64,000 bases of DNA from Wickerhamiella versatilis. Its lineage: Eukaryota. The stretch spans positions 1,612,001-1,676,000 of the forward strand of contig JAQOWU010000007.1 in the NCBI GenBank assembly GCA_030867685.1, read 5' to 3'. Shown piece after piece: positions 39,852 through 50,916 of the stretch. Under the pieces are notes generated by a model. That model had not been told where the DNA came from and did not search any database. It was given only the letters and a program-made list of their open reading frames with translations. Both the position numbers and the translations under genes were made by a program. The first letter of the stretch is position 1; each line of letters starts with the position of its first letter.

Positions 39852-41513
39852 ATGGAAAATAGGATACGAGCCACAACAAGAAACTTCTGGGATGAGTTCA
39901 AGCATCTTTTTTTCACACGGGAAGGTCTGATTGGTGATGTTGACTACGTATCTCTTTTCACGCCTACTCTTCCCTTTATGAAGGATCGTGGAAACAGGAT
40001 GGTTTTCTATGGCATTAACGCAAAATTACCCCTGCTTTTAACCATTCTTTTAGGTTTGCAACATGCAGGTGCTATGTTTGGCGGCGTTACCTCGGCAGCC
40101 CTTTTGGTATGTCAATTGTGCAATCTCAAAAATGACGACCAAATATATGTCGTATCGGCAACATTGATTGCATCTGGCATACTTACCGCTTTGCAAGTGT
40201 TACGCATACGCATACCCTATACCAAAATATATATAGGCTCTGGGCTGATATCTGTTGTAGGACTGTCTTTCACGACCATCAATGTTCTTCAAGTCGCGGT
40301 TCCAATAATGTACCAAAATGGATATTGTCCCACAGATTCTGATGGCACAAAGCTGCCATGTACAAAAGGATACTCTGCAGTGCTGGGCACGGGAGGGATT
40401 TGCTCCTTATTGGCTATAGCGATCGGCTTCATTCCTCCCAAATACCTTCATCGTGTATTTCCGTCAATAGTGACAGGTCCTATATTGCTATTAATTGGTG
40501 CATCGCTCGCTCAAGGTGCAGTACAAAATTGGGCTGGCGGGTCTGACTGTTCTAGTGGTGGATTGTGCAACACCCAGTCACCCTCGACTTCTCACCCGTG
40601 GGGCTCAGGGCAGTATATTGGATTGGGGTTTCTTGTTATTGTAACCATTGTTTTGAGTGATAAATTCGGACCACCGATCCTAAAAAGTTGTTCTGTGGTT
40701 TTTGGACTTTTGATTGGATGTATTGTGGCCGCTGCGTGCGGATATTTCGCGCATGATCTCATAGATAGCGCACCCAATGGCCAATTTATTTGGGTTCGGA
40801 CCTTTCCAATGACGCTCTATGGTCCACTTGTTCTCCCAATGTTGGCAGTTCATGTAATTAATTGTTGCGAAAATCTTGCCGACATTACAGCAACTGCAGA
40901 AGTTTCACGAGTCGATGAAGAAGATGTGGATTCACGTGTTCAAGGTGGGCTTCTCGCATCTGGAGTTTCCTCCGGCCTCTCTACCTTATTCTTACTCCCT
41001 TCAATGGTCACTTTCTCTCAAAATGCAGCAGTGATTTCAATGACACAGCTAGCCTCACGGCGTGCTGGCTATTCATGTGCCATATGGCTGATACTGATGG
41101 GGGTGATAGGAAAATTTAGCGCCGCCATCGTGGTGATCCCAAAACCAGTCATTGGAGGGATGACAGTGTTTCTTTTCACTTCTGTCGCTGTAACAGGTTT
41201 AGCGGTTATCTCTAAATCAACATTCTGTCGAAGGGACCGGATGGTTCTTGCAATTTCGTTGGTTTTCGGATTTGCTTCTTTATTAGCTCCTAACTGGTTC
41301 TCCAAAATATTTACCTATAAAGGCTCTGATCAGGCGCTTAGTGGATTTATTGAAGCTATTGTTATTTTTGTGGAGTCCCCTTATGCTATATCGATGCTTA
41401 CAGGGGTTATAGCCAACCTTCTGTTGCCTCCGCAGGAAGATGCTCCCTATGATAACACTGAGATCGAGCTACTTCCCACAAGTGATGACACGAAATCAAG
41501 AAACAGCAAATAA
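39852..41513 (+). CDS. NAT/NCS2 nucleobase permease, UapA/Xut1-like
   Basis: TM1 GLQH, TM8 E..D (ENLAD), NAT-like signature QNAAVISMT, about 14 hydrophobic segments. The track start at 39738 is GTG; ATG 39852 is likely. Confidence 0.88.
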   Translation: MENRIRATTRNFWDEFKHLFFTREGLIGDVDYVSLFTPTLPFMKDRGNRMVFYGINAKLPLLLTILLGLQHAGAMFGGVTSAALLVCQLCNLKNDDQIYVVSATLIASGILTALQVLRIRIPYTKIYIGSGLISVVGLSFTTINVLQVAVPIMYQNGYCPTDSDGTKLPCTKGYSAVLGTGGICSLLAIAIGFIPPKYLHRVFPSIVTGPILLLIGASLAQGAVQNWAGGSDCSSGGLCNTQSPSTSHPWGSGQYIGLGFLVIVTIVLSDKFGPPILKSCSVVFGLLIGCIVAAACGYFAHDLIDSAPNGQFIWVRTFPMTLYGPLVLPMLAVHVINCCENLADITATAEVSRVDEEDVDSRVQGGLLASGVSSGLSTLFLLPSMVTFSQNAAVISMTQLASRRAGYSCAIWLILMGVIGKFSAAIVVIPKPVIGGMTVFLFTSVAVTGLAVISKSTFCRRDRMVLAISLVFGFASLLAPNWFSKIFTYKGSDQALSGFIEAIVIFVESPYAISMLTGVIANLLLPPQEDAPYDNTEIELLPTSDDTKSRNSK

Positions 41514-41637
41514 GCAAGCAGAGAACCTAGCTTTATTTTATAGAATTAGAACTAGGACAATTAATGAAAATATACAATGGTGTTCAAGGTGGTGGCACTG
41601 GGGTCAAAGAAGAAAAGACGATCCTTTTTTTCTTTTT

Positions 41638-43563
41638 TTAACCTGACTTTTCCTCAGTACTCTGTTTTTCATTTTCTTCCGCAGGCTCATTGATAGGAGC
41701 AGAGGACTCTGGCTTTTTCTTCACATCAATACCAAATAACCTGAACAAAATTTCAGCTGTAGCTTCCTTGCCAGTCATGATATTCAAGGATGCCTTACCA
41801 CGCCACAATGGATAGACAGCTCCTTCAACCTCCCAAAAACAACATCCTTCTTCAAGGGGGTCAGTCTGTCCATAAAGCTCGGGATCCTGATGCTTCACGA
41901 GATCTAATCGAGGGAATTCTTCGACACAAAGCCACCTTAGAGTATCAATATCACGTGTTCTTACCACTCTCTTTTGGGCAAAAGGATACAACATAGGCAG
42001 TCCCTCACTTTGAACACGCCAGTTACAGGGACCATCTCCCTTTTGTTGATTGAATAACTTTATCCCGCTGTGCACGAACTTTATCTTGGAGGTATTGTTT
42101 TCGATGATGGGACGAACAGATGGTGCTACGTAGTAAATAGTTCGCACTGGTTCACCTGTTTGGTTACGGACCACAAGAGTATCACGCGGGAAGTCATCTG
42201 ATATGCCATAAAACTTCCAACATTTTTCTACAACCTCATGATGTGGATCCAGGAAGTGAAAAGGCTCATCTGATTGAGGAACATCTCTTGGTAGCTTCAT
42301 AGGCTTCGAGGTTTCCGAAGACTTGACCTCTTGCTCAGGTTCCGTTTGCGACGGTTCAGATACTTTCACGCGTTTTGACTCAGAATTCGGATCCTTTTCT
42401 AGAACTGCAATGAAAAAACCACCAGTGTCCTGTTGATGCGGGTATACCCGCATGCAGTGTTCTAAGTTAAATTCTTCATCTTCGGATGGAGGGAACAATG
42501 AACGTGCTAGACGATCTTTTGGTTTCTCGTGCCACTTGCCGTCTTTGGTCTGTACCCGCCAGCTTTTAAGACCCGGCTTTCGATTCAGGCTAGTGACATC
42601 CGATGAAACATCTACAAGATGCATTTGCGGGTACTTTCTCAGAATTTGAGCTACCACGGCCTCGTCCTCGATAGGATTCAGGGAGCAGGTGGAGTAGACA
42701 AGGCGTCCACCAGGATTCAGCATTTGTACACTTCTGGCAGTTATGTTGATTTGAAGTGAATGCAGTCCAAGCCCGTTTCCAACAGTCCAGTCCCTCCACA
42801 CGTTATAATTCTTACGCATAGTACCGTCACCAGAGCAAGGAACATCACACAAAATTCTGTCAAATTTGAGGATGCCACCTGGAATATGAATGTTTGGATA
42901 CATTTGAGCGTCATGATTTGTTACTATAGCGTTAGCACTCCCGAGCCGTTTAATCTGATGCGTCAACATATGAGAGCGCTTATAATCACTGTCATTTGCA
43001 ACAACGAATCCCGTAGCCTCCATAGCTCCCTTACTATGAAGAGCCTCAAGAAGCTGGACAGTTTTCGATCCCGGTGATGCACAAGTATCCAGAACAGAGT
43101 GCTGTGGCTGTACATCCAGGAAAAGGGGAGGAATCATTGACACCGCTTCTTGACGCGATATGTTTCCTACTTCGGTCTCCACAACGAGAAAACGCTGAAA
43201 TTGTGCAAATTGAGGGTTTTTTCTAATTACTTGCTTACCCACCTCTACTTGCCAAGCGAGATTTTCAGGGTACCAAGATAGAGGAACAGGTGCTTTGATT
43301 GGTCTTCCCTCAAATTCAAGACCGCTAAGATGAGATATATACCTCGATTCCATCATATTGCGAATTTGTCGGGTATGTCTCGAAGATCCAGAGCCTGTAA
43401 TACGAAAGGTCAGAGGAAGATCAGCCTGGCAGGCAGCCTTGAAGGCTGGGAATTCTTCCGGTGAAAGAATGCCTTGTTCACGGTAATAGGCTTCCCACTG
43501 ACTGTTCTCTTTTGGAATTTGAGTCCAGTTGGTACGAGGTTTTTGTATTCTTCTTCTCCCCAT
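41638..43563 (-). CDS. NCL1: tRNA m5C methyltransferase Ncl1/Trm4
   Basis: RQEAVSMIPP, LDTCASPGSKT, DRILCDVPCSGDG, YSTCSLNP, PHQQDTGGFF. Confidence 0.95.
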   Translation of the reverse strand: MGRRRIQKPRTNWTQIPKENSQWEAYYREQGILSPEEFPAFKAACQADLPLTFRITGSGSSRHTRQIRNMMESRYISHLSGLEFEGRPIKAPVPLSWYPENLAWQVEVGKQVIRKNPQFAQFQRFLVVETEVGNISRQEAVSMIPPLFLDVQPQHSVLDTCASPGSKTVQLLEALHSKGAMEATGFVVANDSDYKRSHMLTHQIKRLGSANAIVTNHDAQMYPNIHIPGGILKFDRILCDVPCSGDGTMRKNYNVWRDWTVGNGLGLHSLQINITARSVQMLNPGGRLVYSTCSLNPIEDEAVVAQILRKYPQMHLVDVSSDVTSLNRKPGLKSWRVQTKDGKWHEKPKDRLARSLFPPSEDEEFNLEHCMRVYPHQQDTGGFFIAVLEKDPNSESKRVKVSEPSQTEPEQEVKSSETSKPMKLPRDVPQSDEPFHFLDPHHEVVEKCWKFYGISDDFPRDTLVVRNQTGEPVRTIYYVAPSVRPIIENNTSKIKFVHSGIKLFNQQKGDGPCNWRVQSEGLPMLYPFAQKRVVRTRDIDTLRWLCVEEFPRLDLVKHQDPELYGQTDPLEEGCCFWEVEGAVYPLWRGKASLNIMTGKEATAEILFRLFGIDVKKKPESSAPINEPAEENEKQSTEEKSG

Positions 43564-43761
43564 GCCTAAACTTTTTCAGGTGAGTAAGCGATATCAAGTA
43601 TTCTCCTCTAAAACCGGCCCAGAAGGAAAAAAAAGATGTTGACATGTACATTCAGTAAAGGCAGATAAATAAATTGCAGCATGATCAATGACTATTATAA
43701 TTATATGTATCTCGTGACAAAGTTCTATATTGTAAGTAAATAAGGACGTTAAATTGATACA

Positions 43762-45504
43762 CTACCAAATTTGGTATTCCTCAAAATAATCAATATTTTT
43801 GGAAGGATGCAATAGCATAGCTTCGCAGACAAAATTGCGGACAGAATCAACGAGTGTGGGAGGACCACAACAGACCACGGCAAGGGAGGATACATTTCTC
43901 ACATGCGAAAGTATTAATGTCTGGACATCAGGCCTACCATAGTTTGCTGATAAGTTTGATGTGCTTCCATAATATTTGCTATCCGTAAGCCAAATTGATG
44001 TTTTTGCTCTCTTTAATTGGTCATTCCAAGCTTCTAAAATGTGCTCATTCCGCTGTATTACAATCATTTCATGGTCATATTTGAGCGCATAGGAAAGTGG
44101 ACCAGGAACCCCGCTGCCTCCACCTATCAGTAGAATATTCTCATAATTGTCGAGAGGAGCTGTATGGCCATAAGGACCCTCCACTCCAACCAACAAAGAC
44201 TTATTGGTGCTTGTGAGGAGCCAATGATAAAGCTGTAAGGTAACTCCTTGCTTTACCTGAATGACGAAAATCCAGTTTCTACCATCTTCAATAAATGTGA
44301 ACGGGTGAGACTGCCACCACAAGTAAGATACCCCAAAGTACAGGTAAGCATATTGCCCTGGAGTTGCTGACTTTTTGCGTGGAACGTATATCTTGATAAG
44401 TCCAGTATTAACAATCTCCACGGATGCTCTCGCTAGTTGGAGGTGACTTAGCCTCAATATCCTTTCAGCTATCCAGATGATGAAGGAAAGCAAAAGCCAG
44501 TAGCCAGAACCAAAGGTAAGAATGTGTTTCCACGAGTAGAATAGAAAGAAAAAAGTAAGTATAATATGTCCGTACAAAAATATTTCGTACGCATTGCGGC
44601 GAATAATGTTCAGTGAAGCTACAATCAGACAGATGCCAATCCACATTGCATATACACCATACCGCCAATAATCTTGATGGGAGTAGTCATTCTGAGTTAA
44701 CCAACTTCGCAACTGAAAAGCCCCAGTATGCAGTAGTGCATCAATAATGGCAATACGGGCAATCCACTTGTGAAATACAACTGAGGTTGAGAATTTAGCA
44801 ATTCGATTATTGCGAGCACCAAAGAAAATTACAATTGGCAATTGTCCAAAGCATATTATTCCGGCCCTATCACCGAAAAGCCTCAAGAATTGGAGCCACT
44901 TTCCACCATAAGTGTTATCGTGATCCCAAGTATAACCAATTGCTAGTGATATGATATGTACCAGGAAATATCCTAGCAATAGTATAGCCTCCCCTGCTGT
45001 GGGTATTAGTCCCAGTCTACATGTCTTAGCATGATGGCTGCCAAGCATACGTGACAGACGACCCTTAAGAAAAACTGGGAACCTAAATAGGGACAATGCA
45101 ATACAAAATATGAGATAATAGTAGGCCCAATACGATACTTTCAAGCTTGTATCAAAGTTTTGCATTACAGGGCTATAAACTGCCATCATGCGTTCAACTT
45201 TTGTTCTATCGGTTAGTACAGGGTGATACAAGTGGACCTCGTTCTCACCGAGGTACTCCGTAGCGTTATTCCAGGAAAACTCCAAATCTTTGCGTGATCT
45301 ATGTTGCTTGCACAGTTTATTAAAGTGATCGATTTTCAATTGGGATGCAGCTAGATCGTAGGCGCATAATGTCCAAGATCCAAACGCTGGCTCATACTCA
45401 CAGAGTGAGGTATAGAAGCCACCATCGGAGTCATGACTCCATGGAAGGGAAGAAAGCTGAGTTGCACATGCTATCACTGCGACACTTCCCAGGTCTCCCC
45501 TCAT
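43762..45504 (-). CDS. Ferric/cupric reductase, Fre family
   Basis: Signal-like N-terminus, haem His pairs (HKW..LH; H..H), FAD motif SHPFT, EGPYG, GGSG, CGPP, EEYQIW. Confidence 0.9.
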   Translation of the reverse strand: MRGDLGSVAVIACATQLSSLPWSHDSDGGFYTSLCEYEPAFGSWTLCAYDLAASQLKIDHFNKLCKQHRSRKDLEFSWNNATEYLGENEVHLYHPVLTDRTKVERMMAVYSPVMQNFDTSLKVSYWAYYYLIFCIALSLFRFPVFLKGRLSRMLGSHHAKTCRLGLIPTAGEAILLLGYFLVHIISLAIGYTWDHDNTYGGKWLQFLRLFGDRAGIICFGQLPIVIFFGARNNRIAKFSTSVVFHKWIARIAIIDALLHTGAFQLRSWLTQNDYSHQDYWRYGVYAMWIGICLIVASLNIIRRNAYEIFLYGHIILTFFFLFYSWKHILTFGSGYWLLLSFIIWIAERILRLSHLQLARASVEIVNTGLIKIYVPRKKSATPGQYAYLYFGVSYLWWQSHPFTFIEDGRNWIFVIQVKQGVTLQLYHWLLTSTNKSLLVGVEGPYGHTAPLDNYENILLIGGGSGVPGPLSYALKYDHEMIVIQRNEHILEAWNDQLKRAKTSIWLTDSKYYGSTSNLSANYGRPDVQTLILSHVRNVSSLAVVCCGPPTLVDSVRNFVCEAMLLHPSKNIDYFEEYQIW

Positions 45505-45922
45505 CTATTTTATTGATGAGATTGATTGCTGACTGTTGTTACTTACTTATTCGCCCACCATGAGACATGCCATAATCTTGTCACTAGAGGGTAGTAGTCG
45601 TTGGTTGAACAAAGTAACTCCATGAATACAGCGACTGGGATTCTCATGTGTTCTTGGCTATAACTATATCGCTGGGAACTCATCAATCACGACTCAACTA
45701 TCTTAATCCCCAGGATTGAAGCATAAAGAAAATGGAATTATCCCACATCTGGAGCCATGCAGATAATATGCAAATAAAGAAAAAAAAAGGGACAGAAAAA
45801 CTCCTCTTCACTAGCTCTTTATGATGGATATGTGTGTGGGTGCCTTTGCCTCCCTTGTAAGCACCATAAGGATGATTTATAATACAGATTACTCATAACA
45901 CTTGGCCTGTCCACGATAGACG

Positions 45923-48900
45923 ATGGGTATCCCCAAGTACTTTCGATATATCAGCCAGCGCTGGCCTGTAATAAGCCAGCTAATCAATGGAAGTGTTATT
46001 CCAGAGTTTGATAACTTGTATCTGGATATGAACTCCATTCTGCACACATGTACCCATCGTGATGCCGACGAGGACGTAACACGTCGCATGACCGAGCAAG
46101 AGATGTTCTTGGCAATTTTTAATTATATTGACCATTTATTCTCGGTGATTAAACCGAAAAAAGTGTTTTACATGGCTATCGATGGTGTTGCTCCGCGGGC
46201 AAAGATGAATCAACAGCGGGCTAGAAGATTTCGTTCAGCGTTAGATGCTGAGACTGCAAGAAAAGAGGCTGTTCAGCGAGGCGTAGAACTGCCAAAGGAA
46301 GAACCTTTTGACACGAATAGTATCACCCCAGGAACTGAATTTATGGCAAGATTAACAGAGCAGTTGAATTATTTTATAAGTCGAAAGATGTCGGAGGACG
46401 CTCGGTGGCAGAACTGTCGTGTCATTCTCAGTGGACATGAGGTGCCTGGTGAGGGTGAGCATAAAATTATGAGCTTCATTCGTCGCCTGAGATCAGACCC
46501 CGCCTATGACAACAACACACGTCATTGCTTGTATGGTCTTGATGCCGATCTAATTATGCTAGGGTTGTCTACGCATGAACCTCACTTTGCTTTACTGCGT
46601 GAAGAGGTTACTTTTGGCCGTAGTGTGCAATTTCAAAGTGCAGAACTTAGTGAGAAACGATTTTTCCTATTGCATCTGTCACTTGTGCGTGAATATCTGC
46701 AACTTGAACTAAGTGACCTGGAGCGTGATGCGGATTTTGAAGCGATTCTTGATGATTTCATTCTAATAAATTTCTTCATTGGTAACGACTTCTTACCCGA
46801 GTTGCCTATGTTGATGGTTAACGATGGTGCTATACCTGTGATACTGAGCACTTATAAAGAATACCTGGAAGAAACAGGTGAGCACATCACTAATGAAGGT
46901 GTGATTAACTTCAAGAACCTGAAAAGCTGGATGCAAAAGCTTTCGAGGTACCAAATTGAGCGCTTTGAGGCAGAGTCTCAGAATGCAAATTGGTTTAGCT
47001 CTCAACTTGAACTGCTGGGTGCGGACGTAGTTTTGAATGAGCAGCAAGTTAGTGTTCTGAAGGCTCTTAAACCTGCAATACTAAAGGGAGCTGTAGATTC
47101 AACACCTATCACTGTTCCTGAGGTAAAAGAAGATTCAAAATTCGCAAAGCTTCTTGTTGAGCAATGCGGTGTTCAACTCACTGATGAAAACCAAATTGTT
47201 CCTCCGCCTGTCCCAGATAATGCATGGTTACGTGAAGCAAGGAAAACGCTACGGTACTATGAAAAAGCACCAGTAGATACAGGTCATGGCAAGGACGTTT
47301 ACAATGCTAAGTTCGATCAATGGCGCGACCGTTATTACCGTGCTAAATTCCATGCTCCTCATGATTCTCCTTTGATTAAAGAAGTCGTCACTAATTATCT
47401 GGAAGGCTTGCAGTGGGTCTTGTCTTATTATTATCATGGATGCCCATCGTGGAGTTGGTTTTATCACTTTCATTATGCTCCAATGACGATTGAACTGATT
47501 GACGGAATTAGCGACGTCGATGGTTTTGAGCCAAAGTTCGATCTTTCCAAACCATTTAGACCATTTGATCAGCTCATGGGTGTCTTGCCTGATCGTTCTA
47601 AATCCCTTATCCCACCTGCCTATCGTTGGTTAATGACGGAGGAGGCCTCGCCCATAAGGGATTTCTATCCGCATACATTTGAGCTCGATCGTAACGGGAA
47701 AAGAGCACCTTGGGAAGCCGTAGTGCTGATTCCTTTCCTAGATGAAAAGCGGTTACTATCTGCTCTGGAACCTTTGGAGTCTCAGCTCACTGATGCAGAG
47801 CGTTCTCGTAACACTCAGGGGACCGACCATGAATTTATCTACAACCCGCAAATCGATTTTTATTATCCGTCTCCAGGAAAAGTTGCGATGGATATACAAC
47901 ACTGTACTTGTAAGATACAGCCGATATTCCCCCATAACCTTGAAAGATCCAAAATAGTGTACGGAATGCTTCCAGAGGCACGCAAGGGAACTGAGAGTCT
48001 TGCTGGATTCCCCTCTCTGTACACGCTTGATTTTAGTTTCAAAATAGAGAAAGCTGGTGTCAGAGTTTTTGAGCAAGAATCTCGTGATGAGTCTGTGGTT
48101 TTAACGATCAAACCTAGAGAGATTCCAGAGGGCGTTGAGGGTGAACGCATCTATGTAGGCTACCCATTTCTGCAAGAAGCTCTAATTACGAAAGTGTCAC
48201 CACCCTCCCAGGGTGATAAGCAGCTTCAGCAATGCGAGAGATTTTATGATACTCACGGCATACGTATTGGTTCAACGAAAAAAGTGGCACACTATAAGCC
48301 GTTACGTGGGTTGAAGCGATTAAATGATGGGTCTTGGGTAAAGGACTGGGGTCTTGAGGAAGAGGTAGTCCCATTGCAAATGATAGTCGAAAATGTTTAC
48401 GATGAGGATGACCGCTTCAAGGAACGACCAGCTCTTCCAGTTGAGCAGGAGTTCCCCAAGGACTCTCAAGTATTATTGCTTCTTCCAAAAGGATTTGGCT
48501 CTCCAGCTGTCGTTACTGAGGCTAGTCACGGCAAAGTATCTGTTGAGTCGCTGCAGCTCAAAATCCCCGAATCTAAAATCGGATTGGCTATGGCGGCAAA
48601 AGATTTTGAGCGCTTACCATATTTCTCCATCGGAAAAGTGGGACACTTAATCGGGTTGAGCCCATTGGCAGTCTCGCAGCTTACTTCACGCTGGCTGTGG
48701 ATGTTCGAGCGCAACAAAGTGGATCTGGGAATATGCCTCAAGAAAGCAAATCTGAACTTGAAAGCACTTGGATATGCAAGACTCGGTCAGCGTGGATGGG
48801 AATTGAGTACCAAGGCAGTTGCACTATTGACAGCTTATCTCCGCAATTTTGGTCCTGTTTTGACGGCTCTCTTAGAAATCAAGAGTCATGGAAAAATACC

Positions 48901-50068
48901 TGAAATCCCTGAGAAGTTTGCTGAAACTATTCCTGCTATGCGCAAATGGGTGAAGGAAGAGACAGCGCATCTCGCTTTTGTTCCAATCTCAACACAGCAG
49001 CTGTCTCCGGAGGCTGTGGCAGAAATCGAGAAGTGGAGTGTCGACCAATCAGGTCGGAAGGTTGCCGCGACAAAGGTCGCTGTGAGATCCTTACCTCCTC
49101 AGGCAGTTTTAGCTCCTGGAAGTGCACACCATTTACTGCGTAGACAGCGGTTCCGTCTTGGCGATCGGGTAGTTTCAGCACTTAATTATGGCAATGTACC
49201 ACTTTATTCTAGAGGTACAGTCGTTGGCATTAATGAAAGCGCACAAAATACCACTCTTGATGTTGTGTTTGATGTGGAATTTGAGGCCGGCTCTTATTTA
49301 GACAAGCGAGTTACCACGAAGCGAGGGCTTACTGTGAATGCAGGCTCCGTAGTTAATCTTACACTCCGTCAACTTGCGATTGGGAGTGATGGCCTGCCAG
49401 TAGATAGGATTTCCGCTGAAGCGCTTCCCGCTAAGCCTTCACCATATCAGCGGATCTCTTCTAAGGTTCCTGTCAAGGGTGTTCATCATCCACCAAAAGC
49501 TCCGATCGACAATAAGCGATTCGTTCCAGCTGCTCCTACTCATGCATGGAAAAATGATCAGCGCTCTCAAAAGCCATCACAGGGAGATAAGGGTAGAGCG
49601 GGGATCTCATCGCGTGATACCAAAGACACTCACAATAATGGATCGGCTTCATCAGGAAGTACACCTAAACCAACAAACTCAGGCGAGAAGAACTTGTTGT
49701 TAAGCCAAATTAAAGGAAGCAACAAAGCTCAGAGCCCAGAGAAGGTGTCTAATGCGGAATCAGCGAAAAAGCCGAAGGGTAGTAAGTCGTCTGTATCTGT
49801 GAAACCGAAAGAGGAATCGCGAACGCAGAAACCTGCATCGAGACAAAAGAAGGAAAAGGAAGTGCGGCTTCAACAGAAGGAGGGTCAACAGGGCAACCAA
49901 AAACAGGACGAAAAGACAAACGATAAGAAGGAGTCGGTGAATGATGAACCCAAAAACAGCGGTCAAGTATCTCACCCTGAACCGTCATTAGAAATCCCAG
50001 ACCTACCTCAGAAGCCAACAGGTTCCAAGGCAGGTTTTGCGCAACGTTTGCTTAACGCATCATTCTAA
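45923..50068 (+). CDS. XRN1: 5'-3' exoribonuclease 1
   Basis: MGIPKYFR, DNLYLDMN, DGVAPRAKMNQQR, PGEGEHK, YGLDAD, GNDFLP; long C-terminal domains distinguish it from Rat1. Confidence 0.95.
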   Translation: MGIPKYFRYISQRWPVISQLINGSVIPEFDNLYLDMNSILHTCTHRDADEDVTRRMTEQEMFLAIFNYIDHLFSVIKPKKVFYMAIDGVAPRAKMNQQRARRFRSALDAETARKEAVQRGVELPKEEPFDTNSITPGTEFMARLTEQLNYFISRKMSEDARWQNCRVILSGHEVPGEGEHKIMSFIRRLRSDPAYDNNTRHCLYGLDADLIMLGLSTHEPHFALLREEVTFGRSVQFQSAELSEKRFFLLHLSLVREYLQLELSDLERDADFEAILDDFILINFFIGNDFLPELPMLMVNDGAIPVILSTYKEYLEETGEHITNEGVINFKNLKSWMQKLSRYQIERFEAESQNANWFSSQLELLGADVVLNEQQVSVLKALKPAILKGAVDSTPITVPEVKEDSKFAKLLVEQCGVQLTDENQIVPPPVPDNAWLREARKTLRYYEKAPVDTGHGKDVYNAKFDQWRDRYYRAKFHAPHDSPLIKEVVTNYLEGLQWVLSYYYHGCPSWSWFYHFHYAPMTIELIDGISDVDGFEPKFDLSKPFRPFDQLMGVLPDRSKSLIPPAYRWLMTEEASPIRDFYPHTFELDRNGKRAPWEAVVLIPFLDEKRLLSALEPLESQLTDAERSRNTQGTDHEFIYNPQIDFYYPSPGKVAMDIQHCTCKIQPIFPHNLERSKIVYGMLPEARKGTESLAGFPSLYTLDFSFKIEKAGVRVFEQESRDESVVLTIKPREIPEGVEGERIYVGYPFLQEALITKVSPPSQGDKQLQQCERFYDTHGIRIGSTKKVAHYKPLRGLKRLNDGSWVKDWGLEEEVVPLQMIVENVYDEDDRFKERPALPVEQEFPKDSQVLLLLPKGFGSPAVVTEASHGKVSVESLQLKIPESKIGLAMAAKDFERLPYFSIGKVGHLIGLSPLAVSQLTSRWLWMFERNKVDLGICLKKANLNLKALGYARLGQRGWELSTKAVALLTAYLRNFGPVLTALLEIKSHGKIPEIPEKFAETIPAMRKWVKEETAHLAFVPISTQQLSPEAVAEIEKWSVDQSGRKVAATKVAVRSLPPQAVLAPGSAHHLLRRQRFRLGDRVVSALNYGNVPLYSRGTVVGINESAQNTTLDVVFDVEFEAGSYLDKRVTTKRGLTVNAGSVVNLTLRQLAIGSDGLPVDRISAEALPAKPSPYQRISSKVPVKGVHHPPKAPIDNKRFVPAAPTHAWKNDQRSQKPSQGDKGRAGISSRDTKDTHNNGSASSGSTPKPTNSGEKNLLLSQIKGSNKAQSPEKVSNAESAKKPKGSKSSVSVKPKEESRTQKPASRQKKEKEVRLQQKEGQQGNQKQDEKTNDKKESVNDEPKNSGQVSHPEPSLEIPDLPQKPTGSKAGFAQRLLNASF

Positions 50069-50391
50069 TCGGAGTTTTCGGCAAATTTAGCATCTAGAAC
50101 ATTGCGATTAAAAAGTCTTGAATAGTTATACTATTGCCAATATAATTATTTTTGGATAAATAATTGCTCTCTAAAGATAAATTTGATATTAAAGAAGAAT
50201 GGTATTGCTTTCTTCAAATACCCGTGGGCTAGTCAATAGTCCATTATTTTCAATTTTTTGGATGTTGGAAAACACATACGTCAGAGCCCAGATCAGGCTT
50301 TTGTTCAGAGAAACCCAAAATGCCATCACGTGGTCGAGAATATATTTAGTTTCTGTCCATGCTAGAAGGTTTCAGCCAAACCTAATTCGCT

Positions 50392-50916
50392 CTAATTCGA
50401 GCCAGAATCAAAATATTCTCGTTCAAAGCCATTAGATCTATCTATTCCGTCCCATTTGTAACCTGGCCGAATGCCGAACCTATTTATAGGTGCAGCGAGA
50501 GAAGAATAAGGAATACCACTAGGAGAGATATCTGGTGCATGTTGATTGGCTCCTGGTAAGGCAAATTCATCATTCTTGTTTGATCCCGTATCTTCACTGG
50601 GCTCAAGAGAAGTGTCTTTCACTTCCAGTGGGTCTTCATGCATATTAGCCTTTTGCTTATTTCGCTGTATATTTTCACTGTTTTCATTATTATACTTATT
50701 TTGGCTCAGCGTTTCTGTCTTGCTGTGTGACTGTGAGCTATCTTGTTGTTCGCTAGTTCGAGAATCGTGACTATTAGCAAAGGGGCGATATTCTTGAACA
50801 GTGCTGTGTTCTACAAACGTTTCTGAAGGGGCACTGTCATAGCCCTTTCGTGACTTTGGTTTATCCTTCGAACTGTCTGGATAACGCTTTGCCAAATATT
50901 CTTGAAGGCTAGACAT
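50392..50916 (-). CDS. BUD13: RES complex splicing factor Bud13/Cwc26
   Basis: N-terminal LQEYLAKRY, central EDP, C-terminal [21 protein letters not shown]. Confidence 0.88.
   Translation of the reverse strand: MSSLQEYLAKRYPDSSKDKPKSRKGYDSAPSETFVEHSTVQEYRPFANSHDSRTSEQQDSSQSHSKTETLSQNKYNNENSENIQRNKQKANMHEDPLEVKDTSLEPSEDTGSNKNDEFALPGANQHAPDISPSGIPYSSLAAPINRFGIRPGYKWDGIDRSNGFEREYFDSGSN

Noticed and set aside
45838..45844. Aft-type GCACCC iron-response site for the ferric reductase
   Set aside because: A single imperfect site, closer to XRN1, in a lineage that may not use Aft regulation.
50199..50435. 78-aa ORF between XRN1 and BUD13
   Set aside because: It lies in the convergent terminator region, overlaps the BUD13 3' end, and has no motif or promoter support.
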